From the NCBI GenBank assembly GCA_026004595.1, contig BPJL01000001.1, positions 90,486 through 154,485 on the forward strand: a stretch of 64,000 nt of DNA, written 5' to 3'. The DNA is from Patescibacteria group bacterium. Its GTDB lineage: Bacteria > Patescibacteriota > WWE3 > UBA101185 > UBA10185. Position numbers and translations under genes: made by a program. This document shows, in pieces, positions 1 through 10,538 of the stretch (position 1 is its first letter; the number at the start of each line of letters is the position of its first letter). The notes beneath the pieces were generated by a model. That model was not told where the DNA came from, searched no databases, and saw nothing but the letters and a program-made list of their open reading frames with translations.

Positions 1-190
1 ACGGCTTATCTCTGCCGTGCAATAGCCTTAAAATATCTTCCTTTTTATAACGCCTATCTTTTCTCTGACCAAAACGAACGGACTGAAGTATACCCTTTTT
101 ATCCCACTGACGCAGGGTGTTTGGATGAACGCTAAGCAATTTACTTGCCTGCGAAAGAGTCAACAGTTGTGGAATCGTTTGATCAATCAT
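1..190 (-). CDS. Excisionase/MerR-type helix-turn-helix DNA-binding protein (N-terminal part; gene runs off window start)
   Basis: Reverse-strand translation from ATG (rc of 188-190) gives MIDQTIPQLLTLSQASKLLSVHPNTLRQWDKKGILQSVRFGQRKDRRYKKEDIL. This is the classic excisionase/MerR-like HTH pattern. It is divergent from the ORF at 212. Confidence 0.5.
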   Translation of the reverse strand, partial: MIDQTIPQLLTLSQASKLLSVHPNTLRQWDKKGILQSVRFGQRKDRRYKKEDILRLLHGRDKP

Positions 191-211
191 AATTGATAGA
201 CAACTCACTAT

Positions 212-1444
212 TTGTTAACATTAGATTACAATAAGCAACAACTTGTTGCAAGTATGAAAAAAAATATGAAGATAAAAAATAGTAAATTCTTCAAGCAGAA
301 AAGCTACGCAACTTGGCAGTTATTTCTTCTTAAATCTCTGCTTCTTGAACCAGATGAAGCAGATGAAATTGAAACTAATTTGGAACTCTATACCTATCCC
401 GCTAAACAAAAGTTCGAACCTTTTAACGAAAGAATGGTGCTAGCAATGCTTCTTGAACTGGCAGAAAACTTTGGAATGGAAATAAGAGGCTTGATTACGG
501 AAGGGGCATTGAGTTACGACGATCCTGATAAACGGCTACAAGTAATATCCACGATAGAAAATAGCAGCGAACCCTTATATCAGAAGGCATTAAAAGGTGG
601 GCTTGATGCAAAACATATCAGCACATTACTCAATAGCAACCTGGAATATCGTGACGACATCCTTGATAGTAAATTCACCCTCTATTTAAAATTCAACGAC
701 AGCAAAAAGGAGATAACTAGACTTCTAAACCACCTGACAGCGCTTTTTATGCTTGGGAAAATCGAGAAACATGGTCAATTTCTCCAACACACTACCTATA
801 CTTATGAGTATCAAAAGGCGACTTTTCTCAAAAATATTTCCTCTTATATTGCTCGGTTTGGTAAGAATTTGGATCTCAAAGAAAGTAAAGACGCAAAGAT
901 CTTCGGCAAAGATACCACTAAGGTTAACTTCCTAGAAACTTTATTAGGGTTAGAAAAAGAAGGGTATATAACAATCATTGGGATCAGCCCTATCAATTTC
1001 GATATACCCCAGCATAGTAAGACAAAACAAGAAGCTATCGTGTCGCTTACTGTCAGCGACGACTTAGCACAAACAGCTCAGTTAGCCAGACCCGACAATG
1101 AGGTTTTCACCTGGGGAAAACTAAAAATTGATATGACAAAGGGGATTATGCAGTATAAAAGCGGGAAAGCAAAAGAAATCTCACCCTCGCAAGATGAAAT
1201 CAAACTCCTAGTTCTTCTGATGCAGACAAATCGAATCGTAAAATACTCCGAAATAGCCAAAAAACTAGATATGAACTGCCAGATGGCAGACCCTGCAGAA
1301 GTCGCCAGGGCAGTGCAGTATCTGCGAAGAAATATTGTCCCCATTCTTGAAGGTGTGGGCATGACTAGGAGAGAAATCCAAAACATGATCATTTCCAAAA
1401 GGAATATCGGCTATAAACTTCGTCGCTCCACTTCTTCCTTATAA
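212..1444 (+). CDS. Hypothetical protein with a C-terminal OmpR/CadC-like winged-helix DNA-binding domain
   Basis: C-terminus reads VQYLRRNIVPILEGVGMTRREIQNMIISKRNIGYKL and resembles trans_reg_C winged helix. The N-terminal 330 aa have no recognisable family. Located inside the putative integrated element. Confidence 0.4.
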   Translation: MLTLDYNKQQLVASMKKNMKIKNSKFFKQKSYATWQLFLLKSLLLEPDEADEIETNLELYTYPAKQKFEPFNERMVLAMLLELAENFGMEIRGLITEGALSYDDPDKRLQVISTIENSSEPLYQKALKGGLDAKHISTLLNSNLEYRDDILDSKFTLYLKFNDSKKEITRLLNHLTALFMLGKIEKHGQFLQHTTYTYEYQKATFLKNISSYIARFGKNLDLKESKDAKIFGKDTTKVNFLETLLGLEKEGYITIIGISPINFDIPQHSKTKQEAIVSLTVSDDLAQTAQLARPDNEVFTWGKLKIDMTKGIMQYKSGKAKEISPSQDEIKLLVLLMQTNRIVKYSEIAKKLDMNCQMADPAEVARAVQYLRRNIVPILEGVGMTRREIQNMIISKRNIGYKLRRSTSSL

Positions 1445-1533
1445 AAATCACAAAAAGGTCGTAAAAGAATCCGTGGCAACTTGCTGTCGCCTTAGTAAGA
1501 ATATGAGTAGTTATCAAAACGATAATTATCACT

Positions 1534-1785
1534 ATGACACAGCAAGAATTAAACGAGAATTACTACCAGACAAGTGATCTATCGCTTGCCACTACCCTCT
1601 CTTTATTCTGCCCCATTGAAAACATTGAGCGCTCCAATCCCCGTAAAGCTGTGTTCCTCTTCCGAAAAACTCCTGAGCTAGAAAAGTTAGTTGATCAGTA
1701 TTTCCGAAATGAAATCAAAATCTCACCACAAGTTTATTTCAACCAGTTACGGGTCATTAAAGCCCGTCTGTATGCCAACGAATAA
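1534..1785 (+). CDS. DUF5659-like small protein
   Basis: 83 aa. Pattern YYQTSDLSLATTLSLF...RKAVFLFRKTPELEKLVDQYF matches the DUF5659 fold that is common in phage and CPR accessory regions. Confidence 0.4.
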   Translation: MTQQELNENYYQTSDLSLATTLSLFCPIENIERSNPRKAVFLFRKTPELEKLVDQYFRNEIKISPQVYFNQLRVIKARLYANE

Positions 1786-1920
1786 TAACTATGATAAGCA
1801 GACAACTTTTATTAGAGCTAAAAACAATTCTTGAAGAAGATTACAGATTAAACTTTACATTTGAGGAGATAACGGAAATTGGCACAGCTCTTTTAAGGTT
1901 CGTCGAAACTCTATTAAAAG

Positions 1921-2322
1921 TTGAGGCTAAATACAACAATGAAAAAAAGGAACACTAATTTCAATTGGAATAAGGCAATCATTTACGACGGCTTACTTGG
2001 CGAGATTTCCCCCGTTGATTGGCAGACACTTACTGCTCTGGTTGCCTTTGTAGATGGACAAGGTAGATGCAGACCGTCATTAGAAGACCTTTGTGCTGTC
2101 TTGGGGTTAGCCAACATTGCCAGCGCAAGCAAACGACTAAGCAAGTTGGAAAAGAAAACTTTTGAAGGACTACCAGTAGTCACTATCAGGCGAGGTAAAA
2201 AGCAAAACGATAAAGGGGTATGGGTATTTACTAATAACCAATACCAGCTACACCCAGCCATACTAGCTGTCTTTAATCTCTCTCCCGCAAGGAAAAGCTA
2301 CCAAATGAGAGAGACAAGCTGA
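1921..2322 (+). CDS. Putative winged-helix DNA-binding protein (replication-initiator-like HTH)
   Basis: ISPVDWQTLTALVAFVDGQGRCRPSLEDLCAVLGLANIASASKRLSKLEK looks like an HTH/winged-helix segment followed by a basic region. Element-associated. Confidence 0.35.
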   Translation: MRLNTTMKKRNTNFNWNKAIIYDGLLGEISPVDWQTLTALVAFVDGQGRCRPSLEDLCAVLGLANIASASKRLSKLEKKTFEGLPVVTIRRGKKQNDKGVWVFTNNQYQLHPAILAVFNLSPARKSYQMRETS

Positions 2323-2349
2323 AGTTAAATAAACTTAATTTGAATAACT

Positions 2350-2748
2350 ATGATAACCATCGATGACATAACAATAAAAATAAGGATGCTCAACCGTCCC
2401 TGGCTTTTAGCCCAAGCAACAGTTATTTTCTCCGACATTATCGAAACAAAAGGTTGGAAGATACTGCGCTCCACTAAAATGCACGAACGATTTCAAGAAG
2501 AGATTTGGATTCAAGCCCCCAGCTTTTCAAAAGGAGCAATAAACGGTAAAGAAGTCTGGGATGAAATTATATGGATCAATGATAGAAGGCTTTACGAACA
2601 AATTGAGGAGAAAATCTATAACGCCTTCTTTGCAAAACGCAATAAAGAAAACGGTGAACAAGGCGTAGCCGAAGCGAGGAAACAAAAAGAAGAAATTGAT
2701 GTTCCAGTAAATCTTGAAGATATCGATATTGACAAAATACCACTATGA
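2350..2748 (+). CDS. SpoVG-like family protein (tentative)
   Basis: The N-terminal 90 aa loosely follow the SpoVG pattern (ITIDDITIKIR...AQATVIFSD...ILRS...). Followed by an acidic/Lys-rich tail. Weak, similarity judged by eye only. Confidence 0.25.
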   Translation: MITIDDITIKIRMLNRPWLLAQATVIFSDIIETKGWKILRSTKMHERFQEEIWIQAPSFSKGAINGKEVWDEIIWINDRRLYEQIEEKIYNAFFAKRNKENGEQGVAEARKQKEEIDVPVNLEDIDIDKIPL

Positions 2749-3200
2749 AAAACACAAAGATACTTTTTATAAGGCTTTATATAGGGACTCTATATAGCAA
2801 CTTTATTGTTCCTTTAAGGGGAAGTAACTATACACAGTTACTATATGGTGATCTTAAGAAGAGATTAGGTTTTTTCTTTGGACAAATACGCTGGCTCGCT
2901 TGGCAAGAACACACAAACGGACTAGTGCAGATTTCGAGCAGAATTAGGGCAACCTTTGAAGCCGATGAACTTGACCAAAACTTGACTGAAACTTGGCTGG
3001 GAACACTTCTCCAACTTTTCTCTAATACTTCCTCAAAAATAGCATCGGATGTCATCAGAATTTCATTGGTTTATCATCAAAAAATTACCACCAAAATACC
3101 ACTGAAATACCACCAGAAATTAGGACATATAAACAAAGTTTGCAAGCAAAATCAAAGAAAGGAATATCAATATAACTTGTCATCTCTTGATATTACTTAA
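2745..3200 (+). CDS. Hypothetical protein
   Basis: 151-aa ORF. Its start overlaps the previous stop (ATGA), suggesting translational coupling. No recognisable domain. Confidence 0.3.
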   Translation: MKNTKILFIRLYIGTLYSNFIVPLRGSNYTQLLYGDLKKRLGFFFGQIRWLAWQEHTNGLVQISSRIRATFEADELDQNLTETWLGTLLQLFSNTSSKIASDVIRISLVYHQKITTKIPLKYHQKLGHINKVCKQNQRKEYQYNLSSLDIT

Positions 3201-3215
3201 CAGTTTATTTATGTT

Positions 3216-4850
3216 GTGTTGCTAACGAAAAAACCTATGAAAACCGTCATATTCTGCCGAGTCAGCAGCAAAGAACAGGAAGAAACAGGTTACTCCCTAC
3301 CTGCTCAGGAGAAATTCTTGAGGGAGTATGCTGATAAACAGGGTTTGGAAGTCACTAAAGTATTTGCAATCTCCGAGTCAGCAGCAGGTAAAGTCCAGAG
3401 GAAAACCTTCAATGAGATGATCGAGTATGTCAGAAAGAAAAACATTTGCTCCATTGTCGTTGAGACAACAGACAGACTTACCAGAAACTTCTCCGATGTG
3501 CCAATTATCGACCAGTGGATTATGGAAAACGAAGAACACCAAATCCACTTGGCAAAAGAAGCCTGTGTGTTACACAATTCCTCCCGTTCCCACGAATGGT
3601 TTATGTGGCGGGTTAAGGTAGCCACAGCCGAGTATTATGTCCGTCTCCTTTCTGAGAATGTCAAAAAGGGTCAAAAAGAAAAACTGGCACAAGGCTGGAT
3701 ACCAACAAAACCGCCAATTGGATACAAAACTGTTGGTGAAACAGGACATAAAATTCATATTATTGACGAGGCAACCGCACCTTTGATCAGAAAGATGTTT
3801 GAGTATTATGCTTCAGGGCAGTTCTCAATCAAACGGCTTGTTATGACAATGTATAGAGAGGGGCTGCGCTCTCCACAAGGAAATAAGATCGTCAATAGCC
3901 GAATCCACTCCCTACTGCGTGATCCTTTTTATATTGGTAAAATAAGATGGAACGATGAAATCTATGACGGCAAACACGAACCTTTAATTAGTAAAGAAAT
4001 ATTTGATAAAGTTCAAGCATTACTTGTGAGTAAAACTACACCCAAATATAACAAGCACGACTACCTTTTCAAAGGCTTAATCCGCTGTGCAGGCTGTGAT
4101 GGTTTAATTACTTGGGAAGTTCATAAAGGACATCGCTATGGACACTGCAACCATTATCACAACTGTACCAAAACCAAATGGGTTAAAGAACCAGAGATTG
4201 AAGAACAACTTTTATCGGGCTTTGACAACCTGAAACTCAAAAACAGCCGTATTGTCGAATGGTTAAAGAAAGCGCTCAAAGAAAGTCACCAGGACGAGAT
4301 TACCTACCACAATAGTACTGTCGGCGAGCTTGAAGCCCGCTACGAGGCGATTCAGAAGCGAATGGACAAGTTATACGATGACAAGCTGGATGAAAAGATT
4401 ACACCCGACTTTTACAGCAGGAAATTCAAGCAGTATTCAGAAGAAAAGGATGAAATTGCCGAAAGCATCAAAAGGCACTCTACCGCCAGCACAGGCTACT
4501 TAAACTTGGGTATTAACCTTTATGAACTCTCCCAGCGAGCCAAAGAGATTTACCTTAAAGCCAAAGAAAAAGGTATGATGGATGAGCAAAAAAGCCTTAT
4601 CAGACTGGTATTTGCCAAGTTAATCCTGGATGAGGACAAATTAAGTTGGGAATACTCCAAAGCCTTTAAAATCCTCTCTGAAGCGGTTGACGAGACTAAT
4701 AGTTCGAAAGTGGTAAAAATTGACGAATTTGAAAAAGGAAAATTCGAACCTACGAAAAAGAGCGATGTTACGGGACAAAAGGACTCTTTGTTGCCCTCTC
4801 GTCCCATCTGGCTCCCCCGGGTGGACTCGAACCACCAACCTGCCGGTTAA
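3216..4850 (+). CDS. Large serine recombinase (serine integrase)
   Basis: N-terminal resolvase catalytic domain (VIFCRVSSKEQEETGYSLPAQE...). Recombinase domain. Zinc-ribbon (CAGCDGLITWEVHKGHRYGHCNHYHNC). Coiled-coil C-terminus. The 3-prime end overlaps tRNA-Asn. Confidence 0.85.
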   Translation: MLLTKKPMKTVIFCRVSSKEQEETGYSLPAQEKFLREYADKQGLEVTKVFAISESAAGKVQRKTFNEMIEYVRKKNICSIVVETTDRLTRNFSDVPIIDQWIMENEEHQIHLAKEACVLHNSSRSHEWFMWRVKVATAEYYVRLLSENVKKGQKEKLAQGWIPTKPPIGYKTVGETGHKIHIIDEATAPLIRKMFEYYASGQFSIKRLVMTMYREGLRSPQGNKIVNSRIHSLLRDPFYIGKIRWNDEIYDGKHEPLISKEIFDKVQALLVSKTTPKYNKHDYLFKGLIRCAGCDGLITWEVHKGHRYGHCNHYHNCTKTKWVKEPEIEEQLLSGFDNLKLKNSRIVEWLKKALKESHQDEITYHNSTVGELEARYEAIQKRMDKLYDDKLDEKITPDFYSRKFKQYSEEKDEIAESIKRHSTASTGYLNLGINLYELSQRAKEIYLKAKEKGMMDEQKSLIRLVFAKLILDEDKLSWEYSKAFKILSEAVDETNSSKVVKIDEFEKGKFEPTKKSDVTGQKDSLLPSRPIWLPRVDSNHQPAG

Positions 4851-4883
4851 CAGCCGGACGCTCTACCATTGAGCTACAGGGGA
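4809..4883 (-). tRNA. tRNA-Asn (anticodon GTT)
   Basis: Reverse complement folds as a 75-nt cloverleaf TCCCCTG TA GCTC AATGGTA GAGC G TCCGG CTGTTAA CCGGC ... GGTGGTTCGAGTCCACC CGGGGGA G CCA. Very similar to E. coli tRNA-Asn. CCA is encoded. Confidence 0.85.
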
Positions 4884-4902
4884 ACGAAGCACAAAAATAC
4901 TA

Positions 4903-5820
4903 TCACATCGTTTTTGGCGGTTCAATGAGTGATTGTGGACTTTCTGGACTCGGTTCCGTTTTCTTCTTTATATCTCTCTTTATCTCCAAAAGCACCAAAA
5001 AGGCAATCAGCAAATTAACAAACATAAACCAGAACGGCACAACTGCAACTAAATTCAAAAAGCCTAGCACAACATCCATCAAAATCGGCAAAGTCATGGC
5101 ATGAAGACCAATTCTCAATGCTTTTTTAAAATCCACCGCAACCTTCATCAATCTGCTAATCCCGAAAATCAGCCCCCCAACTATTGCTATGTAAATGCCC
5201 CGAAACACAGCGTAGTACACAACCGCTCCCGAGAATGTAAACAAGATGATAGCTAGGGGAATCATCCAAGCCGCCAATACGCGAGCGTTTCTGGTTGCCG
5301 CCAAAATTTTAGACTTGTCCAAAGTAGTGTCGGGCATGTCCTTCAAGGGCAAGACATCCGGCTCTCCAGCTTTTCTTACAAGTATGTTTTTTTCATTAAC
5401 TAAAATCATTGTGTCATAGTTCTTAATATCTGCGACTGTTCCATTCTTATCTAAAACTACTAGGTTTTTCGGCATAGTTTCCTGTTCAGGACGTATGGTG
5501 TTTTCCATTTCGGTTTTCGGGAGTTCAAAAATCAATGGAAGGGGTTTATTAACTTCCCATTCTCCGCCTTTTATTGTGAAAACCAAATCTTCGGGGAAGG
5601 ATTTTTCAAGTTCATTCAACGTTTTATCTACATACTGCCTAGCCCTTGGCCCTTCTATCAGATAAGTTCCAGCAGAAGTTATGGTGGCCGCAATAAGTAC
5701 CAAAACCGCGTAATACTTGATTGAAAAATCAAATTTCGTTTTAAAAATCTCCAGATAATATTTCGGAGAAACTATGCTTTTATAGGCGATATAAAAGAAT
5801 GCCTTGATTTTTTTCACCAT
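4903..5820 (-). CDS. Hypothetical polytopic membrane protein (possibly DUF1189-like)
   Basis: 305 aa. One N-terminal TM segment, a soluble middle region, and 4-5 C-terminal TM segments. Confidence 0.35.
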   Translation of the reverse strand: MVKKIKAFFYIAYKSIVSPKYYLEIFKTKFDFSIKYYAVLVLIAATITSAGTYLIEGPRARQYVDKTLNELEKSFPEDLVFTIKGGEWEVNKPLPLIFELPKTEMENTIRPEQETMPKNLVVLDKNGTVADIKNYDTMILVNEKNILVRKAGEPDVLPLKDMPDTTLDKSKILAATRNARVLAAWMIPLAIILFTFSGAVVYYAVFRGIYIAIVGGLIFGISRLMKVAVDFKKALRIGLHAMTLPILMDVVLGFLNLVAVVPFWFMFVNLLIAFLVLLEIKRDIKKKTEPSPESPQSLIEPPKTM

Positions 5821-5917
5821 AGTATTTTAGCATAGGACAGTTTGAGTTTCTGTTTGATAGCCGATCTGCTGGCTCTAAGTTGACTCTCCAACATATATAG
5901 ACTATTATCTATCTGTT

Positions 5918-6196
5918 ATGTCGGAAATACCTTGTGTAAAATGCTTCAGCACCCTTGGTGTTGGCTCTCGCATGAGAATATTTGAATACCTAAGAAAAGC
6001 CGGGAAAGCCACTGTTGGCGAAATTGTTGATGTTGTAAAGCTGACCCAGCCGACGATTTCCTACCACCTAAAGGAAATGAAGACAGCGGGCTTGTTGGAA
6101 AATGAAAAATTTGGAAAAGAGGTCATGTATCGTATCAGAAAAAAGTGTCCTTCACGCAACGAGGATTGTATTTTAAGCAAACTAAAATTTTCCTAA
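5918..6196 (+). CDS. ArsR/SmtB-family transcriptional regulator, Cys-rich (candidate suf regulator)
   Basis: HTH LTQPTISYHLKEMKTAGLL. N-terminal CVKC and C-terminal CPSRNEDC cysteine pairs. Sits directly upstream of sufCBDSU. Confidence 0.65.
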   Translation: MSEIPCVKCFSTLGVGSRMRIFEYLRKAGKATVGEIVDVVKLTQPTISYHLKEMKTAGLLENEKFGKEVMYRIRKKCPSRNEDCILSKLKFS

Positions 6197-6963
6197 TGAA
6201 AAACTCTCTTGAAATAGAAAACTTAAGGGTCACGGTGGACGAGAAAGAGATTTTGACCGGTGTTGATTTAAAAATAAAACCAAAAGAAGTTCATGCGCTG
6301 ATGGGCAGAAATGGTTCGGGAAAAAGCACTCTTGCCCAAACATTAATGGGAAACCCGATCTATAAAGTTGTTGAGGGTTCCGCGAAAATTTATGGCAAGG
6401 AGATTTTGAACCTTGAGCCTACCGAACGAGCCCAATTAGGTCTTTTTTTGTCTTTTCAATACCCCAGCGAAATACCTGGGGTAAGAGTGTATAGCTACCT
6501 TCGTATGCTTTACAACAAATCGCACGAGCAAAAACTATCTCCGAAAATGTTCAAAGAACTTTTGCAAGAAAATATGAAACTTTTGGAAATGGATGATTCT
6601 TTTGCCGATCGTTTTTTGAACGAGGGTTTTTCTGGCGGAGAGAAAAAAAGAATGGAGATGCTTCAAATGATGATGTTGGAACCTAAAGTGGTAATTCTTG
6701 ATGAAGTGGACAGCGGCCTAGACATTGACGCTATAAAAATCGTTTCAAAAGCAGTAAATAATTTGATGGAGAGAAACGGCACATCTGTACTATTAATAAC
6801 CCACTACTCCCGCATACTAAACCACATCAAGCCCGATTTCGTTCACATCATGCTGGACGGAAAAATAATAAAGACGGGCGGAGAGGAAGTGGCGCAGAAT
6901 CTTGAAGAGTACGGCTATAGCCAAGCAGAGCTTGTTTCTCCCACAGTTAAAGATGAAGAATAG
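6196..6963 (+). CDS. sufC: Fe-S cluster assembly ATPase SufC
   Basis: Walker [13 protein letters not shown] signature [12 protein letters not shown]. The start is placed at the internal ATG at 6196 after the ArsR stop. Confidence 0.9.
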   Translation: MKNSLEIENLRVTVDEKEILTGVDLKIKPKEVHALMGRNGSGKSTLAQTLMGNPIYKVVEGSAKIYGKEILNLEPTERAQLGLFLSFQYPSEIPGVRVYSYLRMLYNKSHEQKLSPKMFKELLQENMKLLEMDDSFADRFLNEGFSGGEKKRMEMLQMMMLEPKVVILDEVDSGLDIDAIKIVSKAVNNLMERNGTSVLLITHYSRILNHIKPDFVHIMLDGKIIKTGGEEVAQNLEEYGYSQAELVSPTVKDEE

Positions 6964-8362
6964 GCGGTTGAAGGATATAAGAGAAACCTACGCCTCAAAA
7001 TACGGCTTTAGTATGCCCGAAAAGCCGATATTAAAGGCAAAAAGAGGCTTATCCGAAGATGTGGTTAGACAGATATCGCAAAGCAAAGGAGAGCCAAAGT
7101 GGATGCTTGAATATAGATTAAAAGCTTTAGAGGCATTCAACAAAAAACCTATGCCAATGTGGGGTGCCGATCTTTCCAAAATTGATTTTCAGGACATTTT
7201 TTATTTTGTAAAACCTTCTGATGAGGAAAAAAGAACTTGGGAAGATGTTCCCGAAGAAATAAAAATAACTTTTGACAGACTGGGCGTACCTCAAGCTGAG
7301 AGAGAATATCTTGCCGGGGTAAAGGCTCAGTATGATTCTGAAGTTGCGTATTCATCTTTGATAAGTGACATTGAAGATAAAGGTGTAATTTTTTCTTCAA
7401 CCGATGAAGCCTTAAGAAAACACCCCGAAATTTTCAAAGAGTATTTTGGAAAAGTTGTGCCTTTTGCCGATAATAAATTTTCTGCGTTGAACAGCGCGGT
7501 TTGGTCCGGTGGATCTTTTGTCTATGTTCCGAAAGGAGTGACCGTGAGCCGCCCTCTTCAGGCGTATTTTAGAATTAATGCTCAAAGCATGGGACAGTTT
7601 GAGAGGACATTAATTATTGTTGAAGAGGGGGCTTTTGCTCATTATGTGGAGGGGTGTACAGCACCTGTGTATTCCTCAGATTCTTTGCATGCGGCAGTAG
7701 TTGAAGTTATAGTCAAGCCCGGAGCCAGATTTAGATACACAACCATTCAGAACTGGTCTGATAATGTTTACAACCTTGTTACCAAAAGGGCTCGTGTTGA
7801 AAAAGATGCCGTAATGGAATGGGTTGATGGGAACCTCGGATCAAAAAAGACGATGAAATACCCCTCATGCTATCTGGTTGGGGAAGGCGCTAAGGGAGAA
7901 GTTTTGTCCATTGCTTATGCATCTAAAGGTCAACATCAAGACGCTGGGGGAAAGATGATTCACGCCGCCCCCAACACATCCTCCCGCATAATTTCTAAAT
8001 CTGTGAGTTTGAGAGGAGGGAGAACCAGCTATCGTGGTTTGGTTGACATAACTCCGGCAGCCCCCAACTCAAAATCAAGAGTGGAGTGCGATGCTCTGAT
8101 ACTTGATCCACTTTCTGCCACTGATACATTTCCAACTATGAGAATTAACGAAAGCTCCGCAAATGTTGAACATGAAGCAACAGTCAGCAAAATTGGCGAA
8201 GAAAAGCTTTTTTATTTGACAAGCCGAGGTTTAACTGAAAGCGAGGCAATGAGCCTGATAGTTTCGGGTTTCATTGAGCCGATTGTAAAAGAGCTTCCGA
8301 TGGAATACGCGGTTGAACTTAACAGACTGATTGAGCTTGAAATGGAAGGAAGTGTAGGATGA
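6953..8362 (+). CDS. sufB: Fe-S cluster assembly protein SufB
   Basis: Conserved SufB core ([25 protein letters not shown]...RYTTIQNWS...). ATG at 6953 overlaps the sufC stop. Confidence 0.9.
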   Translation: MKNRRLKDIRETYASKYGFSMPEKPILKAKRGLSEDVVRQISQSKGEPKWMLEYRLKALEAFNKKPMPMWGADLSKIDFQDIFYFVKPSDEEKRTWEDVPEEIKITFDRLGVPQAEREYLAGVKAQYDSEVAYSSLISDIEDKGVIFSSTDEALRKHPEIFKEYFGKVVPFADNKFSALNSAVWSGGSFVYVPKGVTVSRPLQAYFRINAQSMGQFERTLIIVEEGAFAHYVEGCTAPVYSSDSLHAAVVEVIVKPGARFRYTTIQNWSDNVYNLVTKRARVEKDAVMEWVDGNLGSKKTMKYPSCYLVGEGAKGEVLSIAYASKGQHQDAGGKMIHAAPNTSSRIISKSVSLRGGRTSYRGLVDITPAAPNSKSRVECDALILDPLSATDTFPTMRINESSANVEHEATVSKIGEEKLFYLTSRGLTESEAMSLIVSGFIEPIVKELPMEYAVELNRLIELEMEGSVG

Positions 8363-8937
8363 AAACCCTGTTGTTAAAAGAAAAAGAAAATATGATTTTC
8401 TTCCCAGAGGAAGACACCCAATACGTTATGTTTCTTAGAAGTTCTTCAACCACGCTGGAAGTTAATTTTGAAAAAGAAGGCGTATCATGCGAAGTACTAA
8501 TTTTAGGGAAGATAAAAAAGGGAAATTCGGTGGTTCTTAACACTATTGCCCACCATCTTGTTCCCAACACTTCATGCTTAACAACTTATCACGCAGTGTT
8601 GGAAGACTCTTCTTCATCTGATTACACGGGCAAAATAATAATTGCAGAGAAGGCTTTTCAAACCACCTCATATTTGAATAATAAAACTTTAGTTGCTGGA
8701 GAGAATGTTAAGAATATATCCAAACCCGAGCTTGAAATAGAATCCGACGACGTTAAAGCTTCTCATGGTTCAAGCACCGGAAGAATAAGGGAAGAAGATA
8801 TTTTTTATCTAATCAGCAGGGGTCTCTCGAGAAAAGAAGCCGAAGAAATAATAATTGAAGGCTTTTTTGAGAATGTGTTATCTAAAATAATGGATGAGGA
8901 GGTTAGGGAAAAAGTTCGCGCCGAGGTAAAATACTGA
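8359..8937 (+). CDS. sufD: Fe-S cluster assembly protein SufD (short form)
   Basis: Position in the operon. C-terminal SufBD helix motif ([29 protein letters not shown]). Start overlaps the sufB stop (ATGA). Ends with TGA immediately before sufS. Confidence 0.7.
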   Translation: MKTLLLKEKENMIFFPEEDTQYVMFLRSSSTTLEVNFEKEGVSCEVLILGKIKKGNSVVLNTIAHHLVPNTSCLTTYHAVLEDSSSSDYTGKIIIAEKAFQTTSYLNNKTLVAGENVKNISKPELEIESDDVKASHGSSTGRIREEDIFYLISRGLSRKEAEEIIIEGFFENVLSKIMDEEVREKVRAEVKY

Positions 8938-8939
8938 CC

Positions 8940-10160
8940 ATGAACGTAAAAGAAATTAAAAAAGACTTTCCAATACTGAAGAAAAAAATAGGGGCGAATG
9001 ATCTAGTTTATCTTGATAATGCTGCAACTTCGCAGAAGCCTGTGCAAGTCATTGAGGCGATAAAAGATTTTTATGAAAACCACAATGCTAATGTGCACAG
9101 AGGTATTCACACATTGAGCGAAGAAGCATCGGATATGTATGAAGATGCCCGTGCTGTAGTCGCCGCTTTTTTAGGCGCTGCGCATCCCGAAGAAATAGTT
9201 TTTACCCGCGGTGCTACTGAGTCATTGAACATGGCTGCTTTTTCATGGGGTAATAAAAATTTGAAAAAAGGAGATAAAATCCTTCTTACCGTTTTTGAAC
9301 ACCATAGTAACCTTGTTCCTTGGCAGATCGTGGCGAAAAATACTGGTGCGGAACTGATGTACATAAAAACAGGCGCACAAGGGGAAATTGACATGGCAGA
9401 GTACGAGAAGAACCTCAGTCCTGAGGTAAAAATCGTATGTATTGCCCATGCATCCAATGTTTTTGGCACGGTGCTGGATATAAAGGAAATGACAAGGAAA
9501 GCTCATGCAGTTGGTGCTGTGGTTTGTGTTGATGGGGCTCAATCGGCTCCCCATATTCCGGTGAATGTTCAGAGTTTGGGTTGTGATTTTTACGCCTTTT
9601 CAGCGCACAAAATGCTGGGGCCGATGGGAGTGGGTGTTTTATACACAAAGAAGAATTTAATGGAAAACATGATACCTTGTCAGTTTGGGGGAGGAATGAT
9701 AAGTGAGGTATCGCATAAATCGGCCGAGTGGGCATCCCCTCCTGAAAAATTTGAAGCCGGTACCCCCGATGTTGCGGGGGCGATAGGATTGTCAGCCGCC
9801 GTAAAATATTTGGAAAAAATTGGAATGGAAGAAGTAAGAAAGCACGAAGTTGAGCTTAACAAGTACACTATAGAAAAGTTACAGAGTGTGGAAGGAATAA
9901 AGATAATCGGTCCGAAGGATCCTGTGAAAAGAACCGGTTTGGTATCTTTTTATTCGGAAAAAGTCCACGCGCATGACATTGCATCTGTGTTGAATTCATC
10001 CGGCGTTGCGGTAAGATCGGGGCACCATTGCGCAATGCCTTTGCATACAGAGTTGGGAATAGCGGCGACAGTAAGGGCGTCCTATTATATTTATAATGAC
10101 CATTCCGATATTGATAAATTGGTTGAAGGAGTAAAAAAGGCCCTAAAAATGCTTTCTTAA
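8940..10160 (+). CDS. sufS: Cysteine desulfurase SufS
   Basis: Class V aminotransferase. PLP-lysine motif SAHKMLGPMGVGVLY. Catalytic Cys loop RSGHHCAMPLH. Confidence 0.9.
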   Translation: MNVKEIKKDFPILKKKIGANDLVYLDNAATSQKPVQVIEAIKDFYENHNANVHRGIHTLSEEASDMYEDARAVVAAFLGAAHPEEIVFTRGATESLNMAAFSWGNKNLKKGDKILLTVFEHHSNLVPWQIVAKNTGAELMYIKTGAQGEIDMAEYEKNLSPEVKIVCIAHASNVFGTVLDIKEMTRKAHAVGAVVCVDGAQSAPHIPVNVQSLGCDFYAFSAHKMLGPMGVGVLYTKKNLMENMIPCQFGGGMISEVSHKSAEWASPPEKFEAGTPDVAGAIGLSAAVKYLEKIGMEEVRKHEVELNKYTIEKLQSVEGIKIIGPKDPVKRTGLVSFYSEKVHAHDIASVLNSSGVAVRSGHHCAMPLHTELGIAATVRASYYIYNDHSDIDKLVEGVKKALKMLS

Positions 10161-10163
10161 CGT

Positions 10164-10538
10164 ATGTTGGATCTATATAGAGAAGAAATTATGGATATAT
10201 ATAAAAACCCTTCTAGAAAAGGAAGACTTTCTGATGCAAATGTAACAACAGCAAAGAAAAATCCCATGTGCGGAGATGACATAAGTGTACAAATGAAAGT
10301 TGAAAAAGGCGTAATAAAAGACGCAAAATTTGACGGAAGCGCTTGTTTGGTAAGTATTGTCGCAAGTGAAGTATTGCTTGATTTTTTGGTTGGAAAATCC
10401 TTAAAAGAAGCAAAGAGCGTGACCAAAGAAAAGCTACTGGATATGTTAAAGTTAAATTTGACAACTACCCGTGTAGGATGCGCAACTTTGGCTTTGACAG
10501 CGATCCAGAAGGCTATAGAAGAACATGAAGAAAAATAA
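10164..10538 (+). CDS. sufU: SufU/IscU-like sulfur acceptor scaffold
   Basis: NifU N-terminal-like motifs: PMCGDD, DGSACLVS, VGCATLAL. Confidence 0.8.
   Translation: MLDLYREEIMDIYKNPSRKGRLSDANVTTAKKNPMCGDDISVQMKVEKGVIKDAKFDGSACLVSIVASEVLLDFLVGKSLKEAKSVTKEKLLDMLKLNLTTTRVGCATLALTAIQKAIEEHEEK

Larger units (their letters stand above)
1..4850. mobile_element. Integrated element (serine-recombinase type) inserted at the tRNA-Asn 3-prime end; left boundary lies outside the window
   Basis: Excisionase-type HTH, DUF5659, winged-helix proteins and a large serine recombinase end exactly at and overlap the 3-prime end of tRNA-Asn. Core genes resume immediately beyond the tRNA. Confidence 0.5.

Noticed and set aside
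8935-8942. Alternative genetic code (TGA as sense codon, as in some candidate phyla)
   Set aside because: sufD terminates at TGA immediately before the sufS ATG, and other genes end at TGA with correct lengths. The standard bacterial code explains every long ORF.
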